NCBI GenBank assembly: GCA_963836205.1
Contig: CAWIIV010000012.1
Coordinates: 130,255 to 194,254 of the forward strand
Origin: an uncultured Acidimicrobiia bacterium
GTDB lineage: Bacteria > Actinomycetota > Acidimicrobiia > Acidimicrobiales > AC-14
Direction: 5' to 3'
DNA: 64,000 bases
Part shown: positions 41,131 to 50,592 of the stretch, piece after piece
Layout of the letters: each line of letters opens with the position of its first letter
How positions within the stretch are numbered: the first letter of the stretch is position 1
The notes under the pieces: model-generated
Database searches by the model: none
What the model was told of the DNA's origin: nothing
The model's input: only the letters and a program-made list of their open reading frames with translations
Translations under genes and position numbers: made by a program

Positions 41131-43557
41131 ATGGTGCTCGAGCTCGATGACGTGACGACTGCCGCCGACGGGCGCGCCCCGACGTTCCCCGCCCCGCCGG
41201 CCTCGCCCGGCGCGCTCCCGGCCCGGCCCGGGATCCGGCGGGTGGCCCGCACCATCCAGGCCGTCACGGGCGGGCTGATCCTCGTCTACATCGGGTCCAC
41301 CGTGTTCCGGCACCACCCCTCCACCATCTCGCTCTACGACGGGTGGGTCGGCAACTTCGCCTACTTCGGGTGCGCCGCCCTGTGTGCCCTGCGGGCGGTG
41401 GGCGTCCGCGACCGCCAGCGGGCCGGGTGGGCCGCCATCGCCCTCGCCCTCCTCCTGTTCGCACTGGGCAACCTGGTGTGGACGACGGCCGTCCAGTTCA
41501 TGGACCCGGTGCCCTACCCGTCGATCCAGGACGCCCTGTTCCTGCCCTTCTACCCCATCGCCTACCTGGGCATCGTGCTCCTCGTCCGCAAAGACATGCC
41601 GACGTGGGGGTCCCGGGCCATCTGGCTCGACGGCCTCATCGCGGCGCTGGGTGTGGCCGCCCTCGAGGCAGCCGTCATCATCGCCGAGGTGATCCGGTTC
41701 AACACCGGTGACACCGGCGACGTGGCCACCAACCTGGCGTACCCGGTCGGGGCGCTCGTGCTCATCACCATGCTGGTGGCGGTCTTCGCGGTCCAGGGTT
41801 GGCGCCCGGGTCGGATGTGGTGGGTCCTGGGGGCGGGGCTGGCCCTGTTCGCGGTGGCCGACAGCGTCTACATGATCCAGGCCCTGGCCGAGACCTACGT
41901 CACCGGGACGCCCCTCGACGCGGTGTGGATGGTGGGCACCTTCCTGATGGCCTCGGCGGCCTGGCTGCGCACCAACGCCCGGCCGGAGGAGGAGCGGCGG
42001 ACGCAGCCGGTGTTCATCCCCGGCCTCTTCATCGTGACGTCGCTGTCCATCGTCGTGTGGGCCACCTGGCACGAGGTCCTGCCCCTGGCGGTGGTCCTCG
42101 CCACCGGCACCCTGCTGGTGGCCGTCGTCCGCCTGGCCCACGCCTACCGCCAGCTGCAGACGCTGGCCGAGAGCCGGCGGGAGGCGCGCACCGACGAGCT
42201 GACCGGGCTTCCCAACCGGCGCCTGTTCTACGAGACGCTGCGCCGGAGCCTGGAGGAGAACGGCTCCGAGCCCCCCGCGCCCCTGGCCGTGCTCATGATC
42301 GACCTCGACCGGTTCAAGGAGATCAACGACAGCCTCGGACATCGGGTGGGGGACGAGGTCCTGCGCCAGCTCGGGCCCCGGCTGGCGTCGGTGGTGGGGG
42401 CGTCGGGGACGGTGGCCCGGCTGGGGGGCGACGAGTTCGGGCTGCTCCTGGTTCCCCTCTCCGATCCGGACGTGGCCACCGAGACGGCCGAACGCATCCG
42501 GGCCGACCTGCGCCGGAGCTTCCACCTCGACGGCATGACCCTGCACGTCGACGCCAGCATCGGCATCGCCCTCGCCCCCGAGCACGGGATCGTCGCCGAC
42601 TCCCTCCTGCAGCGGGCCGACGTCGCCATGTACGAGGCCAAGCGCAACCGGCGGTCGTGGGAGGTCTACACGCCCACCAACGACACCCACACCCGCGACC
42701 GGCTGAAGCTGATGGAGGACGTCCGCGACTCCATCGCCCGCCGGGAGATCGTCCTCTACTACCAACCGAAGCTCGACCTGGCCACCCGTGCCGTCACCGG
42801 GGTGGAGGCGCTGGTGCGGTGGCAGCACCCGGAGCGGGGTCTGCTCACCCCCGACCGCTTCCTCGATCTGTTCGAGCAGAGCGGTTTGATGGGACCGCTG
42901 GCCATGGAGGTGCTCGACCAGGCCCTCACCCAGCAGGCGAAGTGGTCGGCCCAGGACCTGCCGTTGAGCATGGCCGTGAACCTGTCCGCCTCCAACCTCG
43001 CCGACGCCGACCTGCCCGAGAGGGTGGCCGAGGTCATCAGCGGCAAGGGGGTCCACCCCGGCAGCGTGGTGCTGGAGATCACCGAGGACAGCCTCATGGT
43101 CGACGCCGAGGCCAGCCTGGCCGTGCTCGAGCGGCTTTTCTCGCTCGGCGTCGAGCTGTCGGTCGACGACTACGGCACCGGCCAGTCCTCCCTCGCCTAC
43201 CTGCGCGACCTCCCGGTCCAGGAGCTCAAGCTCGACCGGGCTTTCCTCGCCGCCGCATCCCGTGACGACCGGGCGGTGGCCATCATCCGTTCCACCGTCG
43301 ACCTGGCCCACGCCCTCGGCCTGCGCATCGTGGCCGAAGGGGTGGAGACCGACGAAAGCCTGAGGCTCATCGCGGGGATGGGCTGCGACGTCGCCCAGGG
43401 CTACCTGCTCGGTCGTCCCGCCCCGCCGTCGATGCTCTTCACCGCCGGGTTGTCCCCGCCCGGGCTGTCCCCCACCGGGTGGTCCCCGGCCGCGCTTTCG
43501 CCTGTCGGACTTTCGCCAGGCGGACGGTCCCCGGCCGGGCGCCGCCCTACCCGCTGA
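41131..43557 (+). CDS. Membrane-bound GGDEF/EAL diguanylate cyclase/phosphodiesterase
   Basis: Many TM segments, DELTGLPNRR, GGDEF, YQPK, EAL, DDYGTG; start uncertain. Confidence 0.92.
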   Translation: MVLELDDVTTAADGRAPTFPAPPASPGALPARPGIRRVARTIQAVTGGLILVYIGSTVFRHHPSTISLYDGWVGNFAYFGCAALCALRAVGVRDRQRAGWAAIALALLLFALGNLVWTTAVQFMDPVPYPSIQDALFLPFYPIAYLGIVLLVRKDMPTWGSRAIWLDGLIAALGVAALEAAVIIAEVIRFNTGDTGDVATNLAYPVGALVLITMLVAVFAVQGWRPGRMWWVLGAGLALFAVADSVYMIQALAETYVTGTPLDAVWMVGTFLMASAAWLRTNARPEEERRTQPVFIPGLFIVTSLSIVVWATWHEVLPLAVVLATGTLLVAVVRLAHAYRQLQTLAESRREARTDELTGLPNRRLFYETLRRSLEENGSEPPAPLAVLMIDLDRFKEINDSLGHRVGDEVLRQLGPRLASVVGASGTVARLGGDEFGLLLVPLSDPDVATETAERIRADLRRSFHLDGMTLHVDASIGIALAPEHGIVADSLLQRADVAMYEAKRNRRSWEVYTPTNDTHTRDRLKLMEDVRDSIARREIVLYYQPKLDLATRAVTGVEALVRWQHPERGLLTPDRFLDLFEQSGLMGPLAMEVLDQALTQQAKWSAQDLPLSMAVNLSASNLADADLPERVAEVISGKGVHPGSVVLEITEDSLMVDAEASLAVLERLFSLGVELSVDDYGTGQSSLAYLRDLPVQELKLDRAFLAAASRDDRAVAIIRSTVDLAHALGLRIVAEGVETDESLRLIAGMGCDVAQGYLLGRPAPPSMLFTAGLSPPGLSPTGWSPAALSPVGLSPGGRSPAGRRPTR
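43441..43540 (+). repeat. Degenerate 15-bp tandem repeat encoding (xGLSP)n at the EAL protein C-terminus
   Basis: AGLSP-PGLSP-TGWSP-AALSP-VGLSP-GGRSP. Confidence 0.7.
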
Positions 43558-44848
43558 CCGGCGACAGGCCCAACGCCGCCGCCTCGTCCGGCACCGGCTC
43601 GTCCTCCGTCTCGACGGCCCGCACGCCGGGCACGAGGAGGAAGGCGAAGGTGACGGCCGCCCCCAGAACCCCCGCCAGCACGAACGTGTTGCGGGCGCCG
43701 ATGGCCGCGGCCACGGGGGCGGTCACCGCGAACGACAGGGGGACCAGGCCGGTGGAGATGAACCAGTCGAAGCTCGACACCCGCCCGAGCAGGGCCCGGG
43801 GGACCAGCCGCTGCTTGGTGGTGAGCCACACGACGGTGCCCGCGGCCTCGAAGGCGCTGAACACGAAGCTGACCACCATCGCCTGCCACGGCACCCGCAC
43901 GAACCCGTACCCGGCGATCACCAGGGTCGAGCACGTCCAGGCGACGTAGATGAAGGTCATGTTCCGCCGGGGCAGGCCGATGCCACCGACCGCCAGCGCC
44001 CCCAGGAGCGCGCCCAGGCCCCCGAAGGCGAGGACCGTCCCCAGGGTGCCCGCCCCCGCGTGGAGCTCGTTCTTGACCAGATAGGGGAGCAGGACGTCGA
44101 CCGGTCCCATGAAGAGCAGGTAGGCGAAGGTGGCGGCCAGGAACGTCGCCCACAGCCACACGTTCGACCGCACGTAGCGGAACCCCTCCCGCACGTCGGC
44201 CCAGACGCCGGCCGACGGAGCCTCGTCCTCCGCCGTCTCCGGGGCCTGGTGGACGAGGCGCGGCCGCACCCGGCTCAGGAAGGCGATGGACACGGCGAAG
44301 GTGGCGGCGTCGGCCAGGAAGGCGGTCGCGCTGCCGCCGGCGGCGATGAGCACCCCGCCGAGGGCGGGGCCGAGCATCCCGTGGGCACAGGGGCGCACGA
44401 ACTGGTCGATGGCGTTGGCCTGGGGCAGGCGGTCGGGGGACACCACGTCGGGCACGAAGGCGTCGAAGGCGGGCCCGAAGAAGGCGGTGGCCGACCCGAA
44501 GACGACCACCAGGGCCAGGATGTGCCACAGCCGGAGCGCGCCGGTGAGGGCCAGCAACCCGAGGACGCCCACCACCGCGCCCCGGACCGCGTCCGACGCG
44601 ATCATCAGCCGGCGCCGGTCGAACCGGTCGCTGGCCACGCCGCCGAGCAGGAGGAAGGCGACGTGGGGGACGGCCATGGCGATCCCCACCGCGGCCATGG
44701 CCGCGGGCCGGTTCGAGAGCTCGTAGACCGTCCAGGCGAGGGCCACCAGGAGCATGCCGTCGCCGACGAGCGACACGGTCATGCCCGACCACAGGAGCCG
44801 GAAGTCCCGCTCCCGGAGGGGGGCGAAGACGCGGCCGGTCGTCCGCAC
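43547..44848 (-). CDS. MFS transporter (DHA3/macrolide-efflux-like)
   Basis: RERDFRLLW, GGVASDRFDRRRLM, LLGRV; about 12 TM. Confidence 0.9.
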   Translation of the reverse strand: MRTTGRVFAPLRERDFRLLWSGMTVSLVGDGMLLVALAWTVYELSNRPAAMAAVGIAMAVPHVAFLLLGGVASDRFDRRRLMIASDAVRGAVVGVLGLLALTGALRLWHILALVVVFGSATAFFGPAFDAFVPDVVSPDRLPQANAIDQFVRPCAHGMLGPALGGVLIAAGGSATAFLADAATFAVSIAFLSRVRPRLVHQAPETAEDEAPSAGVWADVREGFRYVRSNVWLWATFLAATFAYLLFMGPVDVLLPYLVKNELHAGAGTLGTVLAFGGLGALLGALAVGGIGLPRRNMTFIYVAWTCSTLVIAGYGFVRVPWQAMVVSFVFSAFEAAGTVVWLTTKQRLVPRALLGRVSSFDWFISTGLVPLSFAVTAPVAAAIGARNTFVLAGVLGAAVTFAFLLVPGVRAVETEDEPVPDEAAALGLSPVSG

Positions 44849-44858
44849 CGTTCGCCGC

Positions 44859-46256
44859 CTAGTGGTGGCCGGCGAGGGCGGGGGCGGGAGCGGCCTGGTC
44901 GTGCCAGGCGCCGGCCAGCCCGAAGCGGTCGGTGGCCTCGGCCAGCACGACCAGCAGGTGGTCGATCTCCTCGTCGGTGTTGGCCGCCGTCACCTGGATG
45001 CGGAACCCGACCTCGGCCCGGGGGACGAGGGGGAACGCGGCCAGGGTGACGTAGATACCCCGGTCGAAGAGGAAGCGGCCCACCTCGTCGATCTTGTCGG
45101 CGTCGCCGAGGGGGATCTCGACGATGGGGAAGCCGGACCGGTTGGGCGTGGCCACGCCGAGGGCGTCGAGGCCGTCGAGGAGGCGCCGGGTCTTCTCGTA
45201 GAGACCGGCCCGGATGGCGTCGCCCCGGTCCTGGTTGACGTCGAGGCCGGCGAGCACCGTGGCCAGGGAGGCGACGGGGGACGGTCCCGAGTAGAGGTAG
45301 GGGGCGGCGGCCACCTTGAGCACGCTCTTGAGCCGGGTGGGCAGGGCGAGGAAGGCGAGCAGCGACGAGTAGGCCTTGGAGAACCCGCCCACCAGGACGA
45401 TGTTGTCGTAGCTCTCCCCGAAGTGACGCACGATGCTGTTGCCCCGGGCCCCCCAGTTGCAGGGCTCGTCCGGGCTGCGCTCGCCGATGACGCCGAAGCC
45501 GTGGGCGTCGTCGACGTAGAGGAGGGCGTCGTGCTCGCGGGCCAGGGTGGCGAAGGCGTGCAGGTCGGGGGCGTTGCCGGTCATGGAGTTGACCCCGTCC
45601 ATGCAGATCAATCGCGACCCGCCGGGCGCGGCCTTCAGCAGCTCCTCCAGCTGGCCGAGGTCGTCGTGCTGGTAGCGCTGGACCCGGGCCCCGTTGCTGG
45701 TGGCGACCTTGGTCCCGTCGTAGATCGTCTTGTGGGCCCGGCGGTCGAGGAAGATGGTCCCCCCGCCCGCCAGCACGGGGATCACCGACATGTGGATGTG
45801 GGTGATGGTGGGCAGCACCAGCGTGTCGGGCGCGCCCAGGAGCCCGGTCAGGCGCTCCTCGATCTGCTCGTAGAGGATGGGGCTGCCGAGCAGCCGGGAC
45901 CAGCTGGGGTGCGTCCCCCACGTGGCCACCTGGGGCGCGATGGCTTCCATGATCTCGGGCTCGAGGTCGAAGCCGAGGTAGTTGCAGGAGGCGAAGTCGG
46001 CCAGCCAGCGGTCGCCGATGCGGATGCGGCGGCCGTCGATCTCGTCGATGACGGCGTCGAGCATGGGGTTGGTGGCCTGGAGGCGGGCGAGGTCGCTGCA
46101 GGTGTCGAGCCAACGGTCGAGCCAGCCGTCGTCGTGCCGGCGCCGGGCCGGCGGCTCCCCGGGGGCCACGGGCAGCAGCCGCAGCTCCCGCAGCAGGGAG
46201 ATCTGACGGATCGGGGCGGAAACCCCGGGCCGTTCTGCGACGTCCAGGTCGGTCAT
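44859..46256 (-). CDS. PLP-dependent alpha-oxoamine synthase (AONS/BioF family, SxtA4-like clade)
   Basis: DFASCNYLG, WGTHPSWSR, DDAHGFG, FSKAYSS (PLP Lys), SGPSPVASLA. Confidence 0.88.
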   Translation of the reverse strand: MTDLDVAERPGVSAPIRQISLLRELRLLPVAPGEPPARRRHDDGWLDRWLDTCSDLARLQATNPMLDAVIDEIDGRRIRIGDRWLADFASCNYLGFDLEPEIMEAIAPQVATWGTHPSWSRLLGSPILYEQIEERLTGLLGAPDTLVLPTITHIHMSVIPVLAGGGTIFLDRRAHKTIYDGTKVATSNGARVQRYQHDDLGQLEELLKAAPGGSRLICMDGVNSMTGNAPDLHAFATLAREHDALLYVDDAHGFGVIGERSPDEPCNWGARGNSIVRHFGESYDNIVLVGGFSKAYSSLLAFLALPTRLKSVLKVAAAPYLYSGPSPVASLATVLAGLDVNQDRGDAIRAGLYEKTRRLLDGLDALGVATPNRSGFPIVEIPLGDADKIDEVGRFLFDRGIYVTLAAFPLVPRAEVGFRIQVTAANTDEEIDHLLVVLAEATDRFGLAGAWHDQAAPAPALAGHH

Positions 46257-46598
46257 CTCGGTTCGCTCCTCGCTGTCGGACCGGCGGGCCGGCGCCGTCG
46301 CCAATGCGGCCGGCGGCGTCCAAATCCCTATCGGCGGGACCGTCGGCCGGGCCAAGAGAAATGGGCCGAATGGACCATGCCCAAAACGATTCGACGGCGA
46401 CGGACTGGCGGGAGCGGACCATCTGGGACCGGGGGTGCCGGGGACGGCCCGGGGAACCGCGGCCGGCGATGACGGCGCGCGTCGCCAACTTGGGGCGGGC
46501 GCTCGTGGATGGTGCTGGTGCCGCGGCCGACGGGGGCTCGGCTCGGGTAGTCGCTCGGAGTAACGAGGCAGGGGCGGGGTCGCGTCCCGCCCGCGGAC

Positions 46599-47414
46599 TC
46601 AGCCCGGCTGGCCCTCGGCGGGCGCCGGCCCCGGCTCGGACGCCGACGCGGCCGCGGCCTGGCCCAGCTCCCCGGCCCCCGGCTCGGCCGCCGCCGACAG
46701 TCCCAGTTGGCTCCGGATCTCGGCCAGGCGGGCCTGGGCCTCGGTGTTGACCTGGGCCTGCTCCACCTCGAGCATCCGGGACTCCACCGACGTCTCCGTC
46801 AGCTCGGCCGTCCCCAGGGCCTTGGCGTAGCGGGCCTCGATCTTGTCGCGCACCTGATCGAGGGTGGGCACGTCCTGGCCCACCGCCTCGTTGAGCGACG
46901 CCATGGCCTTGTTGACCTGCTCCTGCATCTTCGCCTGGTCGAGCTGGCCCATCAGCTTCTGGCGGTCGGCCAGCTTCTTCTGGAGGGCCAGCGAGTTCTG
47001 CCGGACCGCGTGCTTGGCCTGGTCGGCGGCGTCGGTGGCCTGGAGGAGGAGCGTCTTGAGCGACTCGACCTCGCGCTCCTTCTCGATCAGGCGGTTGGCG
47101 AAGGCCTCGGCCGCCTTGGTGTAGTCGGCGACCTTGGCTGCGTCGCCTCGGGTGGTGGCCTCGTCGGCCATGGTGACCGCCTGCCGGGTCGAGCCGTTGA
47201 GCTTCTCCAGCTCACCCATGATGCGGTTGAGGTTCATCTCCGTCTTCTTCTGGTGGGCGATGACGTTGGCCGCCTGCTCCACCAGCCGCCGGTGCTGGTC
47301 CTGCGCGTCCGCGATCGCCTGCTCGAGTTGGACTTTGGGATCGGCCCGCTCCTCGAACGATCCCGTCAACTTGGCGGTGAGATAGGCCCACCAGCGTCCC
47401 ATGAGCTTGAACAT
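46599..47414 (-). CDS. pspA: PspA/IM30 family protein
   Basis: ADPKVQLEQAI, QAANVIA, QLDQAKMQE, PTLDQVRDKIEARYA. Confidence 0.9.
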   Translation of the reverse strand: MFKLMGRWWAYLTAKLTGSFEERADPKVQLEQAIADAQDQHRRLVEQAANVIAHQKKTEMNLNRIMGELEKLNGSTRQAVTMADEATTRGDAAKVADYTKAAEAFANRLIEKEREVESLKTLLLQATDAADQAKHAVRQNSLALQKKLADRQKLMGQLDQAKMQEQVNKAMASLNEAVGQDVPTLDQVRDKIEARYAKALGTAELTETSVESRMLEVEQAQVNTEAQARLAEIRSQLGLSAAAEPGAGELGQAAAASASEPGPAPAEGQPG

Positions 47415-47484
47415 GTCGCGACTGTACGCCCGAGGGGCAATCGGGTACGTACGCTGGGGGGAAGGCGCTCTCAGAGGAGTCCTC

Positions 47485-48636
47485 GTGCACATCCCGTTCC
47501 ACGCCTCGGAGCGCAGCAGCCTCGGGATCGAGGTCGAGCTGGCGATCGTCGACCGCGAGACCCGCGAGCTCACCAGCGCGGCCACGTCGATCCTGGCCGA
47601 GATGGGAGCGTCCCATCCCGGCGGCGACCACCCCAAGGTGAAGCACGAGCTGTTCGAGTGCACCCTCGAGATCATCACCGGCATCTGCGGCACCGTGGCC
47701 GAGGCGAGGGACGACCTCGAGCACACGCTCAAGGAGGTGTCGGGCCCGATCGACGCCCGGGGCCTGGCCCTGCTCTGCGCCGGCTCCCACCCCTTCTCCC
47801 GCTGGCAGGACCAGCAGGTGAGCCCCAGCCCCCGCTACGCCGCCCTCCTGGAGGAGACCCAGTGGGCCGGGAAGCGACTGCAGATCTTCGGCGTGCACTT
47901 CCACGTCGGCGTGCGGTCGGCGGAGAAGGTCATCGCCATCGCCAACGCCCTCAACGCCTACATCCCCCACTTCCTGGCCCTGTCCGCCTCCAGTCCCTAC
48001 TGGGCCGGCTTCGACACGGGGATGGCGTCCAGCCGGAGCAAGGTCTTCGAGTGCCTGCCCACCGCCGGCCTGCCCTACCAGCTGGCCGGGTGGAGCGAGT
48101 TCGAGGAGTTCATGGGGACGTTCATCGCGGCCCAGGCCATCACCAGCATCCGCGAGGTGTGGTGGGACATCCGTCCCCACCCCGACTTCGGCACCGTGGA
48201 GCTACGCATCTGCGACGGCATCCCCACCATGCGGGAGGTGGCGTCGTTGGCCGCCATCGCCCAGAGCCTGGTGGAGTCGATGGACGTCCGCCTCGACGCC
48301 GGCGAACGGTTGATCGTGCCCCGGGAGTGGGTCGTCAAGCAGAACAAGTGGAAGGCGTCCCGTCACGGCATCGACGCCGACCACATCGCCGACGACCGAG
48401 GCGTCCGGGTCCCCCTCCGGGACGCCATCCACGAGCTGATCGACGATCTGTCGCCCACCGCCGCCCGCCTCGGGTGCCTCGACGAGCTGACGGCGAACCT
48501 CGAAGTGCTCGACTACGGGCCGAGCTACCTCCGGCAGCGGGCGATCATCGACGGCGGGGGCACGCTGGTCGACGTGGTCGACGCCCTGGTCGGCGAACTC
48601 GAGTCGGGCCGGCCCGCCGGGTCACCGTCGGCCTGA
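47485..48636 (+). CDS. Glutamate-cysteine ligase (GCS2/YbdK family)
   Basis: LGIEVE, FGVHFHVG, LALSASSP, WWDIRPHPDFGTVELRICD. Confidence 0.92.
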   Translation: MHIPFHASERSSLGIEVELAIVDRETRELTSAATSILAEMGASHPGGDHPKVKHELFECTLEIITGICGTVAEARDDLEHTLKEVSGPIDARGLALLCAGSHPFSRWQDQQVSPSPRYAALLEETQWAGKRLQIFGVHFHVGVRSAEKVIAIANALNAYIPHFLALSASSPYWAGFDTGMASSRSKVFECLPTAGLPYQLAGWSEFEEFMGTFIAAQAITSIREVWWDIRPHPDFGTVELRICDGIPTMREVASLAAIAQSLVESMDVRLDAGERLIVPREWVVKQNKWKASRHGIDADHIADDRGVRVPLRDAIHELIDDLSPTAARLGCLDELTANLEVLDYGPSYLRQRAIIDGGGTLVDVVDALVGELESGRPAGSPSA

Positions 48637-48696
48637 GGCGGGGCGCCGTCGGGCCGCCCGCCTGAACGAGCCGCGAGCCTCGGCGTCGGCCGCCGC

Positions 48697-48813
48697 TTAG
48701 GAGCTGCTGCCGCCCTTCTTCTCCGACTTCTTGGCCTGCTTGGCCGCTCGCTTCTCCTGGAGCGACTTGCCCGCCTTCTTGGTTTGAGGTTTGGCCGGCA
48801 CCTTGTTTCCCAT
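48697..48813 (-). CDS. 38-aa lysine-rich small protein (absent from ORF track)
   Basis: MGNKVPAKPQTKKAGKSLQEKRAAKQAKKSEKKGGSSS; TAGTCT -10 lies 6 nt upstream of the ATG. Confidence 0.7.
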   Translation of the reverse strand: MGNKVPAKPQTKKAGKSLQEKRAAKQAKKSEKKGGSSS

Positions 48814-48877
48814 GCCTTCAGACTACGCCCGGGCAGGGGTGGGTTTGCCGCCGAATTCTGCGGGTGAGGAGTCCGCC

Positions 48878-49105
48878 ATGGTCGAACTGAACGACGAGCT
48901 GCCAGAAGACGAGATCGAGGCCGCCGAGGCCACGTCCGCCGCCGTCGGCGACCACGGCCACGACGGCGTCACCGGGATCGACGGCTCCCTGGCCGAACAC
49001 CTCCAGACGGTCCACGACCTCGACGCCGACCCCTCCCTGAGCGCCGCCACCCAGGAGGGACTCCACGACCGCCTCCACGGCCAGTCGAAGTCCGCCGACG
49101 ACTGA
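48878..49105 (+). CDS. Small acidic His-rich protein (75 aa)
   Basis: GAGGAG RBS; HGH, HLQTVH and HDRLH motifs. Confidence 0.7.
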   Translation: MVELNDELPEDEIEAAEATSAAVGDHGHDGVTGIDGSLAEHLQTVHDLDADPSLSAATQEGLHDRLHGQSKSADD

Positions 49106-49262
49106 TCCGAGCCTCCCGAGCGATCGCCTACCAGGGGCATCGCGCCCACGCTCGCCGGTGACCACCGGCGGCGGGCCAGCGATTGCCACGAACACCCCCC
49201 TGGCGGCGGACTCGCGCCACTTGCTCGGGGTGGACAGCGACGCCTCGCGGTCGCTGGCGCGG

Positions 49263-50111
49263 TTAGGCGACGATTGAGACCGGGGTGCCGGGTGGGGCGG
49301 TGTTGGCCAGGATGGTGATGGCCTCGTTGGTCATGCGCACGCAGCCGTTGCTCGCGGGGGTGCCCAGGAGGGCGGGGTTGTTGGTGCCGTGGAGGGCGAT
49401 CTGGCCGATCCCGCCCCCGAAGCTGTAGTGGACGTTGGAGAAGGCGGCCACGCTCATCTGGTACGCCCCGTAGGGTCCGGTGGGGTCGGGGACCTGCACC
49501 GTCCCGTCGACGAAGTAGTTGCCGGTCGGCGTAGGGGTGCTGCCGGTGCCCACCGCCACGTCGGTGTCGAGGAAGGGCGTGGCCCCGTCGTAGGCGAGCA
49601 GCCGCCGCTCGCTGACGTTGACCACGATGCGGTACTGGGTCTGGCGGATGGAGACGTCGGCCTTGCGGATCCAGGCCGTCGACTCGTTGGGCCGCATCGA
49701 CACCTGGACCTCGAGCCAGTCACCCCACTCCTGCATCACCAGGTACACGCCCGGCAGCCCTTCCCACGTGGGGTTGTCGAGGGTGTCGGCCGGCTCGGCG
49801 TCGCCGGGCGCGTTGTAGAGGCCGACGGTGGGGACGATGGCGTCGGCCACGAGGGCGGGCGACGACGGTGGCCGGGCGTAACCGAGGCGAAGGGTGGCAC
49901 CGGGTTCGACCTCGCGGGTCGGCCCCAGGACGAGGGGAGCGGTGGTGGGTGTCGGCGCCACCGTGGTGGTCGGTGCCGATGCCGGCGCCTGGCCGACGAC
50001 CGCCAGCTCGCCCGAGTCGCGCGTCGACAGGTTGTGCCACGTGATCCCGAACAGGCCCGCAGCCAGCACGGCGGCCGCCACGCCGATGGTCGTCGAAGTG
50101 CGACGGCTCAT
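49263..50111 (-). CDS. L,D-transpeptidase
   Basis: VAVG..STPTPTG, ALHGT...SNGCVRM; N-terminal TM. Confidence 0.88.
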   Translation of the reverse strand: MSRRTSTTIGVAAAVLAAGLFGITWHNLSTRDSGELAVVGQAPASAPTTTVAPTPTTAPLVLGPTREVEPGATLRLGYARPPSSPALVADAIVPTVGLYNAPGDAEPADTLDNPTWEGLPGVYLVMQEWGDWLEVQVSMRPNESTAWIRKADVSIRQTQYRIVVNVSERRLLAYDGATPFLDTDVAVGTGSTPTPTGNYFVDGTVQVPDPTGPYGAYQMSVAAFSNVHYSFGGGIGQIALHGTNNPALLGTPASNGCVRMTNEAITILANTAPPGTPVSIVA

Positions 50112-50181
50112 TGGCGGGGAAGCCTACCGTCCCCAACCCTCGCCGTAGGGCGCGGGCGGCGCCGCCCCTACCTCGCTCCGA

Positions 50182-50532
50182 TCACGTCGGACGAGTGCGA
50201 CCGGCACCGGGCCAGGCGCCCCCGAACACCCGCCAGATGACTGCGGCGATGGCGAAGGCGCCGATCGCGACCGCCAGTCCCCCCCACGACCGCCAGAGGA
50301 CGGCCGCGATCGAGACCTGGACCCCGACGAGGGCCGGAAAGAGCGCCAGCCACCGGAGGACCCCTCTCATCTCGCCGAACGTCCCGCCTCCCCCCCACCA
50401 GATGGCCCCGGTCAGGGCCAGGCAGACGGCGGCGACCACGGCCGAGACCCAGTCCCCCAGGACCAGGGCGGAGTTCGTCGACCCCAGCCCGACGACGAGG
50501 GGAACCATCGCCAGCCACCGCCACCTGCGCAC
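50182..50532 (-). CDS. Small 4-TM membrane protein
   Basis: Hydrophobic ORF co-oriented with its neighbours. Confidence 0.55.
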   Translation of the reverse strand: MRRWRWLAMVPLVVGLGSTNSALVLGDWVSAVVAAVCLALTGAIWWGGGGTFGEMRGVLRWLALFPALVGVQVSIAAVLWRSWGGLAVAIGAFAIAAVIWRVFGGAWPGAGRTRPT

Positions 50533-50592
50533 TGTCTTCTCGCTCTCGTCGGGTGCCTACGCCATCGGAGCGGCCGATCACCGACTTGAGCC

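Noticed and set aside
44859-46256. Saxitoxin cluster or biotin operon
   Set aside because: No other sxt genes or SxtA domains and no bioA/B/D in the window.
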